A stretch of DNA of 64,000 bases from Babesia bigemina (taxonomy: Eukaryota). The translations under genes were made by a program, and so were the position numbers. Within the stretch, counting starts at the first letter, position 1, and each line of letters begins with the position of its first letter. The notes below the pieces were generated by a model. The model was not told the DNA's origin. It did no database searches and was given only the letters and a program-made list of their open reading frames with translations. The stretch covers positions 434,001 to 498,000 of the forward strand of contig NC_027218.1 in NCBI RefSeq assembly GCF_000981445.1. Reading direction: 5' to 3'. Shown here one piece after another: positions 43,040 to 54,758 of the stretch.

Positions 43040-45412
43040 TCACACATGTTCGTTGCCATTGGCGCCATACATCTCGAAATCGCCTTCCATGCTACGCGAA
43101 CCCTCTCCAACAACACTGTTGGCAACGTACCGTGTCTCAACGCTGTAAGAGGGGTGGTGAATCATGTTGCCCGGCACCATGCAATCTACCGTTTCCTTCA
43201 GCTTACGATCGATGCACAGACGATTAGGCTGCTGCGTGACGCCGGGTCCAGGCAAATCAACCCTCACACACGTGGTCTCAACTCCATCAGGGGAGACGTA
43301 GTTACCAAGGGGATTCACCAGCGAAGACGAAGGAACCACAACATTTTTCCCAGGTCTTGAAAAGTCGTGGCCACCACCCAAGTATGGCGATACATGCGGC
43401 GCACTTTCAAAAGATGGAACCTGGAAGTCACCTTCGCCAGGGACCTTCGGCACAATCTGAACTGTACCTGGCGCTGGTAGGCAGGCAGTGTACGCAGCAG
43501 CGATGCCGTCGTTCGCTCCCAGTGGAGGCACGCCGTTGACATTGTAAATATCAGTGGGGCTTACACTATCCATGCGATTATCCTCCACTTGTGCGTATGC
43601 AGCTGAAACTGCCGTTGCTGCATTTGCAGTCTCGCCATTCTCCGCAGGAACAGCATCGTGCGTAACAGGTTCGCCAGCATCGTTAGAAGTGTCGAACTTT
43701 GCTTCTGTTGATATCGATTCGGATTTGGAAGGGCGGGCGTTTGCATCTTCCTCGCCGACAACGCTTATCGCATCTGACGCCGCAGATATGGGAACGCCGT
43801 CCTGATCAACAGGCTCTATTGATAGCTCATTGACAAACATCTCTCGTGCACTTAAGTCACTCACTTCATCTCTCGCGGTAGTGCTCTTGGGAGCGCTGTT
43901 GAAAGCGCCTAAGAGAATATCGCAGAGAGAGCGGTCCCGCAACGTCATATACTTGTCAATCGCACGCGGCAACCACGATTCGCATATTTTCTCACTAGAC
44001 CGTACCAAATCGTCGGAAAAGGGCTTATCAATGGTCACGTTGGAGCTGCTGAGCGCGAATTTTACAAATTTAGCCGGATCGCGACTGTAGGAATCGTATA
44101 TATTCCTCACGTGGATCAAGTCGCGCAACTCGGGGAGCAGAGAATCCACCTGTTTCTCAAATTCGGTCTTTCCAAAGCTTTTACGACCGCGTATAGCGCT
44201 ATCCAAGTGTACATCGACGAAACTGGCTGACTTCCATGAATCGCCAGACAAAACTATGTCGTGGGTCACCTTGATGGGCTTAGGGGGCATCACGTGAACC
44301 ATCACCGCTTGTTGCACATCCTGCACTGTCAGTTCAGAGCCCTGGGGCATCTCCAAAAGTTGAGAAAGGGTGCCATCCAAGCGGAAAAACGTGCCTTCCT
44401 CTATCTCGTACACCAGATGCCGCTCAAACGCGTAAATCCACAAAAAACTTATAATGCGGTAAAACGCGATTTGTCTTGATGAGTCCGTCACTGCTACACC
44501 ATCGTTAACCATCAATAGAAAACTTTCCAAAAGGTCGGAGATGGTGCACATCATTGTGAGCTGGGTGGGAAAGAAGTAAAGGGTGACCTGACACTCCGAA
44601 TAGCACACCTGGCTTATCTGAAGCTCATCATACCCGTTATACGGCCCTGGATCGACGCCGCGTTCCTCAACGCCAACATCGCGTTGTTTGGAATCCGAAT
44701 GGCGCCAAAAATCGAAACCAGGCTCGTAATACTCGCCATCTACCTCGCCGTAGTCGCCAGGATTGTTGTACAATGGATCACCATTGAGGCACCTGCCATC
44801 GTTCGCACCATACATGCCAACACAGGCGGTTGGAGAATCTCTACCTTTCTCAGCACCATTACCAACAGGTCGACCGCGGCGCTCTCCGCCATAGAGTGAA
44901 CTTACTCTGTCGCGAATCAACCCACCCAAAGTGTCTCGACGGTGGCCGAACTCAGGGAAGGCGGCGTCGCTTGCAGCTGCATCCACAGGCGGATATGCCA
45001 CGCAACGTCTGCGCGAATTCGGACTAAGGTCACGGACTCCATCTCTGTCCCACAGCACTGTTCGATCTGGAGTACAAAGCAGGATTTGACGGAAGTACCT
45101 ACTGAGCACCCCTTCCTCACCGTCGGCAAGGTTACCGTCTGAGTCAACCTCGTAAGCCCGAATATAAATGGTGAAAGACGACGGCGTCGTGTGTACGAAG
45201 CCTTGACGGTTCGGGTAATCGTCCTGCTCTTCGTAAGTGTTGGAGATATGCAGACGCAGGCGAGGGCAGACTCCAATCGTTTTCAGAGACGCGCTGTGGC
45301 TTTGAGATAGTAGCAATTCGTCCAAGCGACTCTCTAAAGACTCCAAGTCAGCCAGAATAGCGCATTCTCGAGGGTTGGAACGTTCAAGATGCGCAAGCAG
45401 CGCAGCAAGCAT
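43040..45412 (-). CDS. SWI/SNF subunit BAF60/SMARCD/SNF12-like (SWIB domain)
   Basis: LRLHISNTY, LSRYFRQI, VLWDR, YDELQI, SWIB-like IISFLWIY..HL, HVMPPKPIKVTHDI, DPAKFV, W..AIDKY. Confidence 0.72.
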   Translation of the reverse strand: MLAALLAHLERSNPRECAILADLESLESRLDELLLSQSHSASLKTIGVCPRLRLHISNTYEEQDDYPNRQGFVHTTPSSFTIYIRAYEVDSDGNLADGEEGVLSRYFRQILLCTPDRTVLWDRDGVRDLSPNSRRRCVAYPPVDAAASDAAFPEFGHRRDTLGGLIRDRVSSLYGGERRGRPVGNGAEKGRDSPTACVGMYGANDGRCLNGDPLYNNPGDYGEVDGEYYEPGFDFWRHSDSKQRDVGVEERGVDPGPYNGYDELQISQVCYSECQVTLYFFPTQLTMMCTISDLLESFLLMVNDGVAVTDSSRQIAFYRIISFLWIYAFERHLVYEIEEGTFFRLDGTLSQLLEMPQGSELTVQDVQQAVMVHVMPPKPIKVTHDIVLSGDSWKSASFVDVHLDSAIRGRKSFGKTEFEKQVDSLLPELRDLIHVRNIYDSYSRDPAKFVKFALSSSNVTIDKPFSDDLVRSSEKICESWLPRAIDKYMTLRDRSLCDILLGAFNSAPKSTTARDEVSDLSAREMFVNELSIEPVDQDGVPISAASDAISVVGEEDANARPSKSESISTEAKFDTSNDAGEPVTHDAVPAENGETANAATAVSAAYAQVEDNRMDSVSPTDIYNVNGVPPLGANDGIAAAYTACLPAPGTVQIVPKVPGEGDFQVPSFESAPHVSPYLGGGHDFSRPGKNVVVPSSSLVNPLGNYVSPDGVETTCVRVDLPGPGVTQQPNRLCIDRKLKETVDCMVPGNMIHHPSYSVETRYVANSVVGEGSRSMEGDFEMYGANGNEHV

Positions 45413-45938
45413 AGTAGCGTCGGGAGAGTTAGGCGCATCCTGCTACGGCACAATGTGTCCGTGTCTACATGGTTCGTACACGGATAGTAAGCATCTGCCG
45501 GGACGCAGCAGGAGCGTAGAGACGGGCTTGCAGAGAAATCAGCACAAAAATACAATCCAGCGACAAAATCGAAGCGGTGGCCGTGCAGCCATGTTTATCT
45601 CATAATGCGGTCAGATCAAAACCGCTAAAATGCAAGATCTACGCCGTTGCTTTAACGGCTCGTTAATAGGCCAATCTCGTAGGATACGCTACTACACATT
45701 ACACATCACCGCACCGAGCGGCTAGATTCCACGGCTGTCCATTCTTGACAAACGTTCCGCAGCTACGCCGGTGTGCCAGAAAACCTGCTACACAATTTAC
45801 TGCAGTGACGTCAGGAACGCAACGGCAACACCTTAACGGCGGATACCCACGCATAATGGCAGACAAGCAAAATACATCATTGCAACACCAAATGTGGGTC
45901 AATTATCGTATATAGTATCGGCAAAATTGACGAGACAG

Positions 45939-48900
45939 TTAATGTTTCACGTCGTCACGCGAGAGCAGCGGCGACGAAAACTTGCAACCGTAGTACTGCC
46001 GTAAAACCATGGCAAGGTTACAGACGCTCGTAAGTAGAAGCGCGTACAGCGACCTGTACGTGTAGGTGTGCCTTTGGATGCTGCCAAAGGAGGCCACGTG
46101 TTCCAGGTCGTAAGGTGCGAGGTATTCCACCAACTGGTCGCCCAAAACATGCTTGCGCCGGGGGCCCACAGTTTCGCCCATTTGGGCACCGTTGTCCTCA
46201 CACAAACGAGCGATCTTGTCGAGGAATAATTCGATCCTAAACAGGTCAACAGCCTTTCGTAACCTGGGCAGCATGCCAGGCTGCTCGGAACCGCCCTCAG
46301 GTGCCCTCACGGCTGCGATATGTTCATCCTGAAGACACACACTTTGCATTATGTCCTTTGCCTGCTCGCTAGGAGACGATCCGAGCAAATTGGTAGAGGC
46401 AGAAGAGCAGTTTGTCAAAACCAGAGCCAGAATATACTCCAGAAGTGTCGCTGCGCATTCAACCGTGGCAACACGCAAAGCGAAACGACCAAGTGACTTA
46501 CGCCTAGACTTGGGGTCTAAGAAGTTCAAATGGTTAATAAAGCACAGCAAACTGGAACCACAACGCGTAAGCACAGTGGCGACAGTCACCGCCTTCTCAA
46601 TAGCCAATGCCTTGATAGGGGTCTGAGTAGAAAAGTCCAAATCGGCTTCGAAAGCACCCAACTCCGGAAATACGCTCTGTAAACCCAATAGAATACATTG
46701 CCAGTAGCAATCGCTAGACGTTGACAACTCAGCGGTTAGCAACTCCAGCAAAGCAGGCACCGACCTAGGCATGCTCATTGCTAGAGGGAATTTGCACTGT
46801 AAATCGGCTAAAATCAAACTGAAATTGTTCAAAGGCTCCGAATTGAACTTAGCTCGGCGGTACTCGGCCAGTATCCATAAAACGCAGACTCTGTAGATGC
46901 GGAGCAAACTGCTCGCTAGAGTTACCCTGTCGTCGGTAAGAGGGACGCTTGCGTTGAGAGGAATCAATGAACCCAAAAGTTCGGAGTGACGGTTCATCCA
47001 TTGGATTAACGCGTTTCGAGTCTTCACAGAAGGCACGCCTAGCAGGTTCTCCAGTATGCAAATAAAAGGGTTGAAGAGCTCAGTAGGAAGCTTGTCGCAA
47101 TTAGTGAAGCCCAGCAACAGATCACACGACAAAAACAAATCCGCCAGACACATTGATGGAGATGTAGGCTGTACGTGATACCAGAACGCCGAAAACTGTT
47201 GCAATTCGCTGGCCGCCTTCAGAACACGAGCCGTACCCGTCAGTAGTTTAAGACATAAATGGCAATACGGTGAATGCAAGAGACACTGCTTGCACCGTTT
47301 GAAATCCAAAAAACGGTTGTGTAAAAGTAGCGACACAGAATCCGTGCTTATCGATCCAAGAGAACCATAATTAACCGCGCCCAAATCGTATTCGATCGCA
47401 CCTGCCTCGAATTTGCGCAGCGCGCGCAATATCAGGCTCAATAGATCCAGAGCTTCCACACGGTAGTCTATTCGCACGCCAGAATCAACAGCAATGAACA
47501 ACACTTCGCTACTGCGATTAGCCTCCAGTTCAGCTACATCGCTGACGACCATACCATCCAGATGTGGAGCTTGTAGATACGTGTAATCTTGGCCTACGAA
47601 AATGCGGCGAAGACCACTCACGGCGTACGGAGCATCTACTCCAGAAGACATGGGGTAGATGCTGCCGTTGCTCCTGTCTGTAGCTTCGGGAGACATGTCC
47701 TCAGGAGACGGCACGACTCCTTCGTTAGTTGTCGACACATCTAGGACTGAATAGTATCTACTCATGCCGATGTCATGCAATATGGCCGTTGCATCCGATG
47801 ATAACAGGTGCAGCAAAGCAGGTCTGTCATCCGTTGGCGGTCCTGAAAGGTCGGACGACGGGCTGAGCAAATGAGCAACCACAAGCTCAGTTATGCTTGC
47901 GCCGTTTGTCCGATGCTGATTCATCAGAAACAGGTTCACACAAGCATAAATCTTGCTACGGAGATGAGTGGATGTCTCGTGCGTCAAAACAAACGTTAGC
48001 AATTTTAACACGATTGATATTGACAGCGTACAATCATTGCCCAAGATGTCAGACCTGCTCGCAAGCCAGATGCTACCAAGCTGCTTTATTAATGCCGCGT
48101 GCAGCGCCAACCGCAATTCGCAGGTGTCCTCCGGATTAAACTCCACGCAAGACAACTCCAGCCACGTCCTCGATTTCTCGGAAAGACCAACTATGCCTAG
48201 CTTCGTGCTGTATGACAAAAAGTTCAACAGGCACGATATCAAACCTATGGACGATGCGATGACCATGTTGGAGGAGTTCACACGTAACGCATACCGCTGA
48301 GTCCCCTGATGAAGCTGCTCACACGACTGAGGATTAAGCAGCTTCGTACACAGTTGAAGGTCAAAAACCAGACACAAATTCGATGGGAATGATGCTACCT
48401 TCCATAAATTCACGAAGTCTTTGGCGCCAATGCCGCCCTTGCCAGTTGTTATAGCGTTCAGCAGTGCATCCAGTTCATCACGCATAGAGAGCGTCACTTC
48501 AGACATGCACTTTACAAAACGAGAGTACAGCTTAACATAATGCGTCATGTCATCCGACGATATACAGACCGCACCGCGCTCCGCCAATAAAATCAACAGC
48601 TGCAACATGTTCGACAACCGCTGGCACTGCATCACGTAAGATTCATGCGGCAGATTGGCAAAGTCAATCCTGCTAGCCTCATCAGCAAGTGAACTCCAAT
48701 GATGCGCAACTAGTTCTAGCACGTGGGGATAAATCTTGGCGAACGATACCACAGCTGACAAAGCATCCATGCGACGCCAATCGGAAAACCTCCACATGTC
48801 ACCACCACCGGAGGCCAACCTGATCAACGCTATGACATTATTAGCAGAACCCAATAGGCGTAACGCGAAATCTTTATCGCATTTCGTGAATGCTGCCTTC

Positions 48901-51900
48901 AGTGCACACTGCTTCAACACAAGTAAAACCAAATTGTCAAGGCCGCAACGATTCAAGTCGCACAACTGACTTGTGCAGTAGTACCAGTGCTCGGAAACAT
49001 CCATGCGATTGAAGTTAGCAACCATAGTGGCAACCTTGTTGTACAACACCAAATCCTCCGACTCCATTGAACGATACATCACATATTGAGAACGCTCTTC
49101 ACAAGGATGTAGTAGGCTGTAATAACGATGCAACTCCCTCAATACGTCGCTAGGCACAACTAAAGAAGCGCTACCCATACGCTCTACAACCAGCAGAAGA
49201 AGGAAAACCGATTTCATGCGAATCTCTTCAGACACATTGGGGTCGAAACAACCGATGAATTCGCAACTCTTACCAGGGCATATAGCGTTCTCGTTTTTCA
49301 AACACAGCGTGTTCATCGCTTCCAGAACGGCATCGTGGGCAAGTAGCAAGGACATTGACTGCATGTCAAACTGTATGCACTTACAAGTCTTTTCATCAGC
49401 AATGTCACGAGCAGACGAGGATGAGAAGATGCTGTTGATCTTTCTGATCTTGTTCGACCACCAGTCAAGCGAAGCCGAAGATGCATCCACGTCCATGTCG
49501 CTGTTTGTCAAGTGTGGACGCTGCCGTTCAACCCTGCAGTACGGCAAGCCACAATGCGAGCAATGTGACCCATTACGATGCGTGGACATCAGCGTCGCTG
49601 CACGATGCGACATAATCAATAGAACATCACGTTTGAAAATGATGCACATGGTTGATATTGCCGACAACAACTTAGCCTCACTTGCAGCACGCACCAGGGA
49701 AACGCACAGCGAACTCGCAGGTAGCAAGAATTGCTCAAGCAGATACTGACTGGCACGGCTTGAGTTATCACAAGTCTCGATCGGGCCCTGTGCGACTTCC
49801 GAGAGGAACTCAAAAACATCGGACACCAACGACCAGTGAACGCATTCGTTGCGGAAACAGTGAGTGTCCAAAATCCACAACGAAAATTGAACGAGGCTGT
49901 GCAACCAGTCGACACCCTCGTAGCGGAAACGCTCAACTCGTGGTACGTATACAAACAATTTGCGCACGCAGCTCACAAAAGCACGCAATTCCTCAACGCT
50001 CAGAACGTAACCTTTTGTTGCATATCCTTTAACAGCAACATTCTTCGAAGCCTGCACAAGCTCTGCAAGGCGACGCAGGGCAGCGCATGCAGTACCCGAA
50101 TCTCTGATATGGCTAGAACACAAGCTTGACAAGACAGAAGCAGTTAGTAATTCAAGCCCATCCATCCGGCTACGGGACAATATGCTGAAAATTGCACTCA
50201 AAAAGCTGCGATCGCCATCGTCCGTGCTGTGTTGAATATTAACATCCAGGTGGACAGGCGCCTTCAGAACTGGATTTGGACCTTCGGGAATGCGATCACA
50301 TAACGACACTAATTTGAAGGCCGCTATGGACGTCTCTATTAGCCCAAAAGGACAACGACCTCCGAGACCTACAGTGCCCAAAGCAATCTTGACCTCAGGA
50401 GCACCACTAATCAGAGGGAAGGTGTACAGCTTACGCAGACAACTGCCGACTCCCATGCTTTGCTGCGAAGGATGCGCTGGTATCGTTGATGCAATCATAA
50501 GAGCTGCCTCCGCAGTCTCAATCTGGTCATCACGTGCCAGCAACTTCTCGTAAATCAGACCCGGAAGACGGCTGTAATGACCCTCAGTCATACCTCCAAT
50601 CTGGGAAATAAGACGCTCTAGAAGAAACGGGAAACGGATCTCGCGTGATGCACTGGTGCTCAAAAACTTACCCACTAAATGACTAAGGCACTCACCCTCT
50701 ACATCTTCCACGGTGCACAGGTACAAGGCGAACTCAAGCAAACATGACAACAGACGTGGGTACGTCTCGACGTAGGTGTTGCCGTCGCCAGCAGCTACTG
50801 TTACCAAATCCAGTAACGCACTATTGCGCTCCCACCAGCTGAAACCGTCACTAGGCACTATCAGACGTTCAACGGTCTTCTTGTCCACATTTGAGTCATC
50901 ACAGCAGTTGTATAGGTCATTCTCGAACGAGTTGTACGTGTATACATGGCAATTGACGTTGGGAATAAGAGAACGATACGATTCCGCGCAACTCCTCCAT
51001 ATCTCAAAAGCGTACCGTTTATTGCCCTTGGCGCCCAATTTAGTAACAAGAGTCAGCAGTTCTATAATAGATCTTCCTGGATTGCGGTAAAGCGCTTCGT
51101 CGCGCACTCCCGTGTACGGCAGCCGTGCACGGTCCTCAGCAATGCGTTTGCAGCGGATCTCATAGTCCACAATGTCGTACCAACGCTTGCCTAACACGCC
51201 ATTGCTAAACAAAAATGCGTTCAAAATCGTGTCCAAAATCTCCACGACCGTGTCCCGGTAATTCAGCGGCGTCGACATCACCCATAAACTTCCCATGTGG
51301 GCAAATACGCCGCAGTCGAGGCCCTTAATCATCCGGTCCGTATCGTTGACGTACATACCAAACACCACAAATTCCAATACCTTGATCAAATCGTTGTCCT
51401 CCAGAAAAGGCTTTGACGTCGACTTGAAACGGTCCAAAGAATCACTATCTTTATTTAAATACGCTTTCAGCGGTGGCCCGTTCTCAGAGATGGCGAGGAG
51501 ACGGTAATGCTGCGGGTGTAGCGATAGTATCACAATAAGCGAAAGCCGATTCCCAACGTTGCAAACATTCTTAGTCATCTCATCGAACTCGTGCACTCCA
51601 ACACACTTCGATAACAACACATCAGATGAGGGGTACCAAGGCGATAGAGCATCAGACGAACCTCCAAAGACGGAACGTAATAAAGCGCCGTAGTCCGATG
51701 AATCAAACAGCGCTTTCAAGTCAAATACGTTAGGAAGAAGTGCAACTAGACACCGTAGCTCATCCTTCGCAGGGTGAAAACGGAGGAAGTAGGACTCGAG
51801 GAACCTCAGCAGGTCGTTCACCAGATCAATAGTGCTTTCGTACAATGCCTTAATAAACGACGACAAATCACCACTTACCATAGACTTGTACCTCGATGAC

Positions 51901-52724
51901 TCCTTTATGGCGGTCAGTAGCAATAGGCAGATGTTTTTAATCAGACCCCTAGACAATAAATCACGCAGTATTGACACACCCTCTGGAAAAACTGCATCCG
52001 CGGCGGCAGTTGCATCCGACAGCATTTTGCCTCCATTCACAAATGACAACAAAAGCGTCAAAGATTTCAGCTGGCATCTCGATTGCACATGTAACATCCC
52101 ATCTATGATTGCAAACTCCGACATGCTTTGACTTTCGTTTCCGTAATAGCAAATGCCCTCGTACAACATCTCGCAACACAGATACTGGTCCACGTTAGCA
52201 AGCGTGCTAAACAAATCAATCTGGTCTAAACTACGTTCCACGCAAGCGAATTTTTTGCGAACGTAATCACGAACGTCGGCCTCGGTAATGGAAGAGTTGC
52301 GACGTGGTATCAGGTGCGGCCGATGAAACGGATACTTTCGGAAGCCGCTTATAACCCCACAGCGCATTTTGTGCAAAGCGTCATTGGTCACGTCGCCCTC
52401 AGGCGGATCGGACACAGACGTCAACGGTCTCGAACCCCGAGTGCCATCAACGGTAACGCTATCATTGCTCACGAGACCCGACAACCAATTGATACTATCT
52501 CGTCTAGAAGGTGGCGACGCAGACTTGGTATCTCTAGAGTTAGGACGGCGCCAAAAACGTGACCAAAATCCCCCCGAATCCGTAGCGCCTTCCTCCTCGA
52601 CGCTTTCTGGCAAATGCGACTTGCTTGCTCTACATAACTGCTCTAGGCAGCTGTGCATCACTTCGTAGTTGCCGTGGCACCATTGCGATATGTATTCGGT
52701 GGGAGTAACGCCGCCGGCCGCCAT
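45939..52724 (-). CDS. Very large Leu-rich helical-solenoid protein, possible Nup205/Nup192-type scaffold nucleoporin
   Basis: Uninterrupted 2261-aa ORF from ATG 52724. The gene is well supported, but the family guess rests only on size, composition and one N-terminal segment. Confidence 0.5.
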   Translation of the reverse strand: MAAGGVTPTEYISQWCHGNYEVMHSCLEQLCRASKSHLPESVEEEGATDSGGFWSRFWRRPNSRDTKSASPPSRRDSINWLSGLVSNDSVTVDGTRGSRPLTSVSDPPEGDVTNDALHKMRCGVISGFRKYPFHRPHLIPRRNSSITEADVRDYVRKKFACVERSLDQIDLFSTLANVDQYLCCEMLYEGICYYGNESQSMSEFAIIDGMLHVQSRCQLKSLTLLLSFVNGGKMLSDATAAADAVFPEGVSILRDLLSRGLIKNICLLLLTAIKESSRYKSMVSGDLSSFIKALYESTIDLVNDLLRFLESYFLRFHPAKDELRCLVALLPNVFDLKALFDSSDYGALLRSVFGGSSDALSPWYPSSDVLLSKCVGVHEFDEMTKNVCNVGNRLSLIVILSLHPQHYRLLAISENGPPLKAYLNKDSDSLDRFKSTSKPFLEDNDLIKVLEFVVFGMYVNDTDRMIKGLDCGVFAHMGSLWVMSTPLNYRDTVVEILDTILNAFLFSNGVLGKRWYDIVDYEIRCKRIAEDRARLPYTGVRDEALYRNPGRSIIELLTLVTKLGAKGNKRYAFEIWRSCAESYRSLIPNVNCHVYTYNSFENDLYNCCDDSNVDKKTVERLIVPSDGFSWWERNSALLDLVTVAAGDGNTYVETYPRLLSCLLEFALYLCTVEDVEGECLSHLVGKFLSTSASREIRFPFLLERLISQIGGMTEGHYSRLPGLIYEKLLARDDQIETAEAALMIASTIPAHPSQQSMGVGSCLRKLYTFPLISGAPEVKIALGTVGLGGRCPFGLIETSIAAFKLVSLCDRIPEGPNPVLKAPVHLDVNIQHSTDDGDRSFLSAIFSILSRSRMDGLELLTASVLSSLCSSHIRDSGTACAALRRLAELVQASKNVAVKGYATKGYVLSVEELRAFVSCVRKLFVYVPRVERFRYEGVDWLHSLVQFSLWILDTHCFRNECVHWSLVSDVFEFLSEVAQGPIETCDNSSRASQYLLEQFLLPASSLCVSLVRAASEAKLLSAISTMCIIFKRDVLLIMSHRAATLMSTHRNGSHCSHCGLPYCRVERQRPHLTNSDMDVDASSASLDWWSNKIRKINSIFSSSSARDIADEKTCKCIQFDMQSMSLLLAHDAVLEAMNTLCLKNENAICPGKSCEFIGCFDPNVSEEIRMKSVFLLLLVVERMGSASLVVPSDVLRELHRYYSLLHPCEERSQYVMYRSMESEDLVLYNKVATMVANFNRMDVSEHWYYCTSQLCDLNRCGLDNLVLLVLKQCALKAAFTKCDKDFALRLLGSANNVIALIRLASGGGDMWRFSDWRRMDALSAVVSFAKIYPHVLELVAHHWSSLADEASRIDFANLPHESYVMQCQRLSNMLQLLILLAERGAVCISSDDMTHYVKLYSRFVKCMSEVTLSMRDELDALLNAITTGKGGIGAKDFVNLWKVASFPSNLCLVFDLQLCTKLLNPQSCEQLHQGTQRYALRVNSSNMVIASSIGLISCLLNFLSYSTKLGIVGLSEKSRTWLELSCVEFNPEDTCELRLALHAALIKQLGSIWLASRSDILGNDCTLSISIVLKLLTFVLTHETSTHLRSKIYACVNLFLMNQHRTNGASITELVVAHLLSPSSDLSGPPTDDRPALLHLLSSDATAILHDIGMSRYYSVLDVSTTNEGVVPSPEDMSPEATDRSNGSIYPMSSGVDAPYAVSGLRRIFVGQDYTYLQAPHLDGMVVSDVAELEANRSSEVLFIAVDSGVRIDYRVEALDLLSLILRALRKFEAGAIEYDLGAVNYGSLGSISTDSVSLLLHNRFLDFKRCKQCLLHSPYCHLCLKLLTGTARVLKAASELQQFSAFWYHVQPTSPSMCLADLFLSCDLLLGFTNCDKLPTELFNPFICILENLLGVPSVKTRNALIQWMNRHSELLGSLIPLNASVPLTDDRVTLASSLLRIYRVCVLWILAEYRRAKFNSEPLNNFSLILADLQCKFPLAMSMPRSVPALLELLTAELSTSSDCYWQCILLGLQSVFPELGAFEADLDFSTQTPIKALAIEKAVTVATVLTRCGSSLLCFINHLNFLDPKSRRKSLGRFALRVATVECAATLLEYILALVLTNCSSASTNLLGSSPSEQAKDIMQSVCLQDEHIAAVRAPEGGSEQPGMLPRLRKAVDLFRIELFLDKIARLCEDNGAQMGETVGPRRKHVLGDQLVEYLAPYDLEHVASFGSIQRHTYTYRSLYALLLTSVCNLAMVLRQYYGCKFSSPLLSRDDVKH

Positions 52725-53133
52725 TGTGAACAAAACACACTATTCGACGCAGCCAAACGGCAGCATATAACACCCTCACCAAAGTAATAGCCAATGCATC
52801 CTAATGTCGCATTATAGTGCTACACATGGTTGCAAAAATCCAAAACGGCGGACATACACCCTTCGATTGAATATATAGCGACAACGGTAGTTATCGCGTC
52901 GGCGTAATGGGCATCCATCGACGGCACGGCCAGAAATATAGAAGCCGTCGTCACGGCTCACATAAATTCAATGGCATTGCGCTTTTGCGCCTTCCCAACG
53001 CTACGGCCATCCTTCCCCACCCACAGGGTACACATGGCTCCCACTTTAACATTACTCGAATGGACCACCAACCTCCAACCAAAGGATTGCGCAATTGAAA
53101 ATATTAACGGGTGATTAAAAGACAAACTTAAAA

Positions 53134-54060
53134 ATGACCCAGAGGTATGCCGATACCATAGACAAGACGCGGCTGGATTCCATGCCTGAATCCACCGAGG
53201 TCGTTGTCATGGTCGACAAAGACGATAATGAGATAGGGACTTGCACGAGGAAGGAAATGGTAAGTGGTGGCAGAAAAAAATATATTTTGCCCGCGTGATG
53301 ATGGTAAACGCTTCCACACTCACTATGCGCAGCGTCAATTCAACAAGTGGCACAGAGCTACAAGTACAATCATTCTATCAAACCCCGATGAACCTACCAT
53401 CTATTATCAAGTGAGAGACGACCAAAAAGACTACTGCCCGGGCTATTATGACCTGGGTTTTGGCGGGGTAGTCACGGTAGGCGAACACCATTTATCGAAG
53501 TATACGTTCGTAGATTGGGGAATCCTATCTGGACTGCGCACTAAGAGAGACCAGGGATGAATCCGGCATCGATTTCTCTGAAAACGATTTGGTAGAAGTT
53601 GCCTATATAGCGAGGGATGATGAGCACGTCAGGTGCCACTACAAGGTGTATGTAAGTCATGTTCGTAAGACGTGCCAAAGGAAAGCGGTCATGCGCTTAA
53701 TGTGTGTAGTATGTGTGGCAATGCAGCTTAAGATTGAATCATTATCTGAAATGTTTCATCATTGCATCGTGAACACTTTGACGACGCCGTGCGCCACTTC
53801 GTGGAAAGGTTTATTCACTGTTTTCCTCTCTCGATAGCAAGCATATCGTAAAACAGGTGGCACTTTATGACGGAACTCCAGCAACCAATGAATCTGAACG
53901 GGAAGATGCAAGGTGCATCAAAACTGCTCTGCTATCGGATGTGGACAAGCTCATGGAGCAACACAACTTCACGAAGGCCTGCGAGCTCTTGGTGGGGCCG
54001 CTCAAACGTTTCGTCGAGGAGGGAGGGCTGGCCAAACTGGCAGACTCGACTAAGAAGTAG
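53134..54060 (+). CDS. Nudix hydrolase, YfcD/IPP-isomerase-like (copy A), 3 introns
   Basis: EVVVMVDKDDNEIGTCTRKEM|RQFNKWHRA..KDYCPGYYDLGFGGVVT|IGESYLDCALRETRDESGI. Introns 53260-53332, 53477-53513 and 53652-53856. Confidence 0.88.
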
Positions 54061-54758
54061 GAGCAGGGAGGCGCCGTTAACACAAGCCTCAATCATAGCA
54101 TCGCATCAAAAAATACCTTAGACCAACAATATAGGCTGACCAGTCAACCAATCAACCACTTTTAAAGGGTTAGTCACTAAATATATATTTAGCTTTTGAC
54201 AATGTGGCTCTGTTATGTTGTAAAGGGCTTCCTGCAACTTGCGATGCCTCTCATGCTTGTCAAGGGCCCAGGTGCCGAACCACAGGCACGCTGTGCGCTA
54301 AGCATCGCCTAGCAGTTGAACGTCTCAAATGAGCTGTTCATAACGGGCTCTTAACACCGCTTTTGTAAGCAACGATATTCTGTATCGTCCATCGCCTCCA
54401 CGTCCCGTTTCACGGAAGGCGCCACCTTGAACACTGCCCTGGCTGTACGTTCTCACCATGATCCGTCACCAGGTCCGCGTACTCCCTCTTGAACACTTAC
54501 GTTTACACCAGGTTCCATTGGTTGCTAAACCAAATGTCCGCGGTTGCAGTGGTGGTGTCTAGGTGTGCCAGTATCAGCCAATTGGTTGTGTTCCTTGGGC
54601 CTCTGGCTCTTGGACGTCTTATCAAACGTAATCCATCGGTGTTCCCCATTTCTTCCAACGTCGATCTCGTGAGTATCGACCTTCTTCAGCGCTTTATTCG
54701 TATGTATTATTAAGAATCAAGTAAAGTACTGATTGGCGCGCTACCACGGCACGTGCCC

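Noticed and set aside
53295..53332. Perfect box C (GTGATGA) in Nudix A intron 1
   Set aside because: There is no box D before the intron ends.
54300..54715. Open frame and gtaagt donor on the minus strand downstream of ZIP
   Set aside because: No start codon or phase-compatible splice links it to a gene; it is likely 3' UTR.
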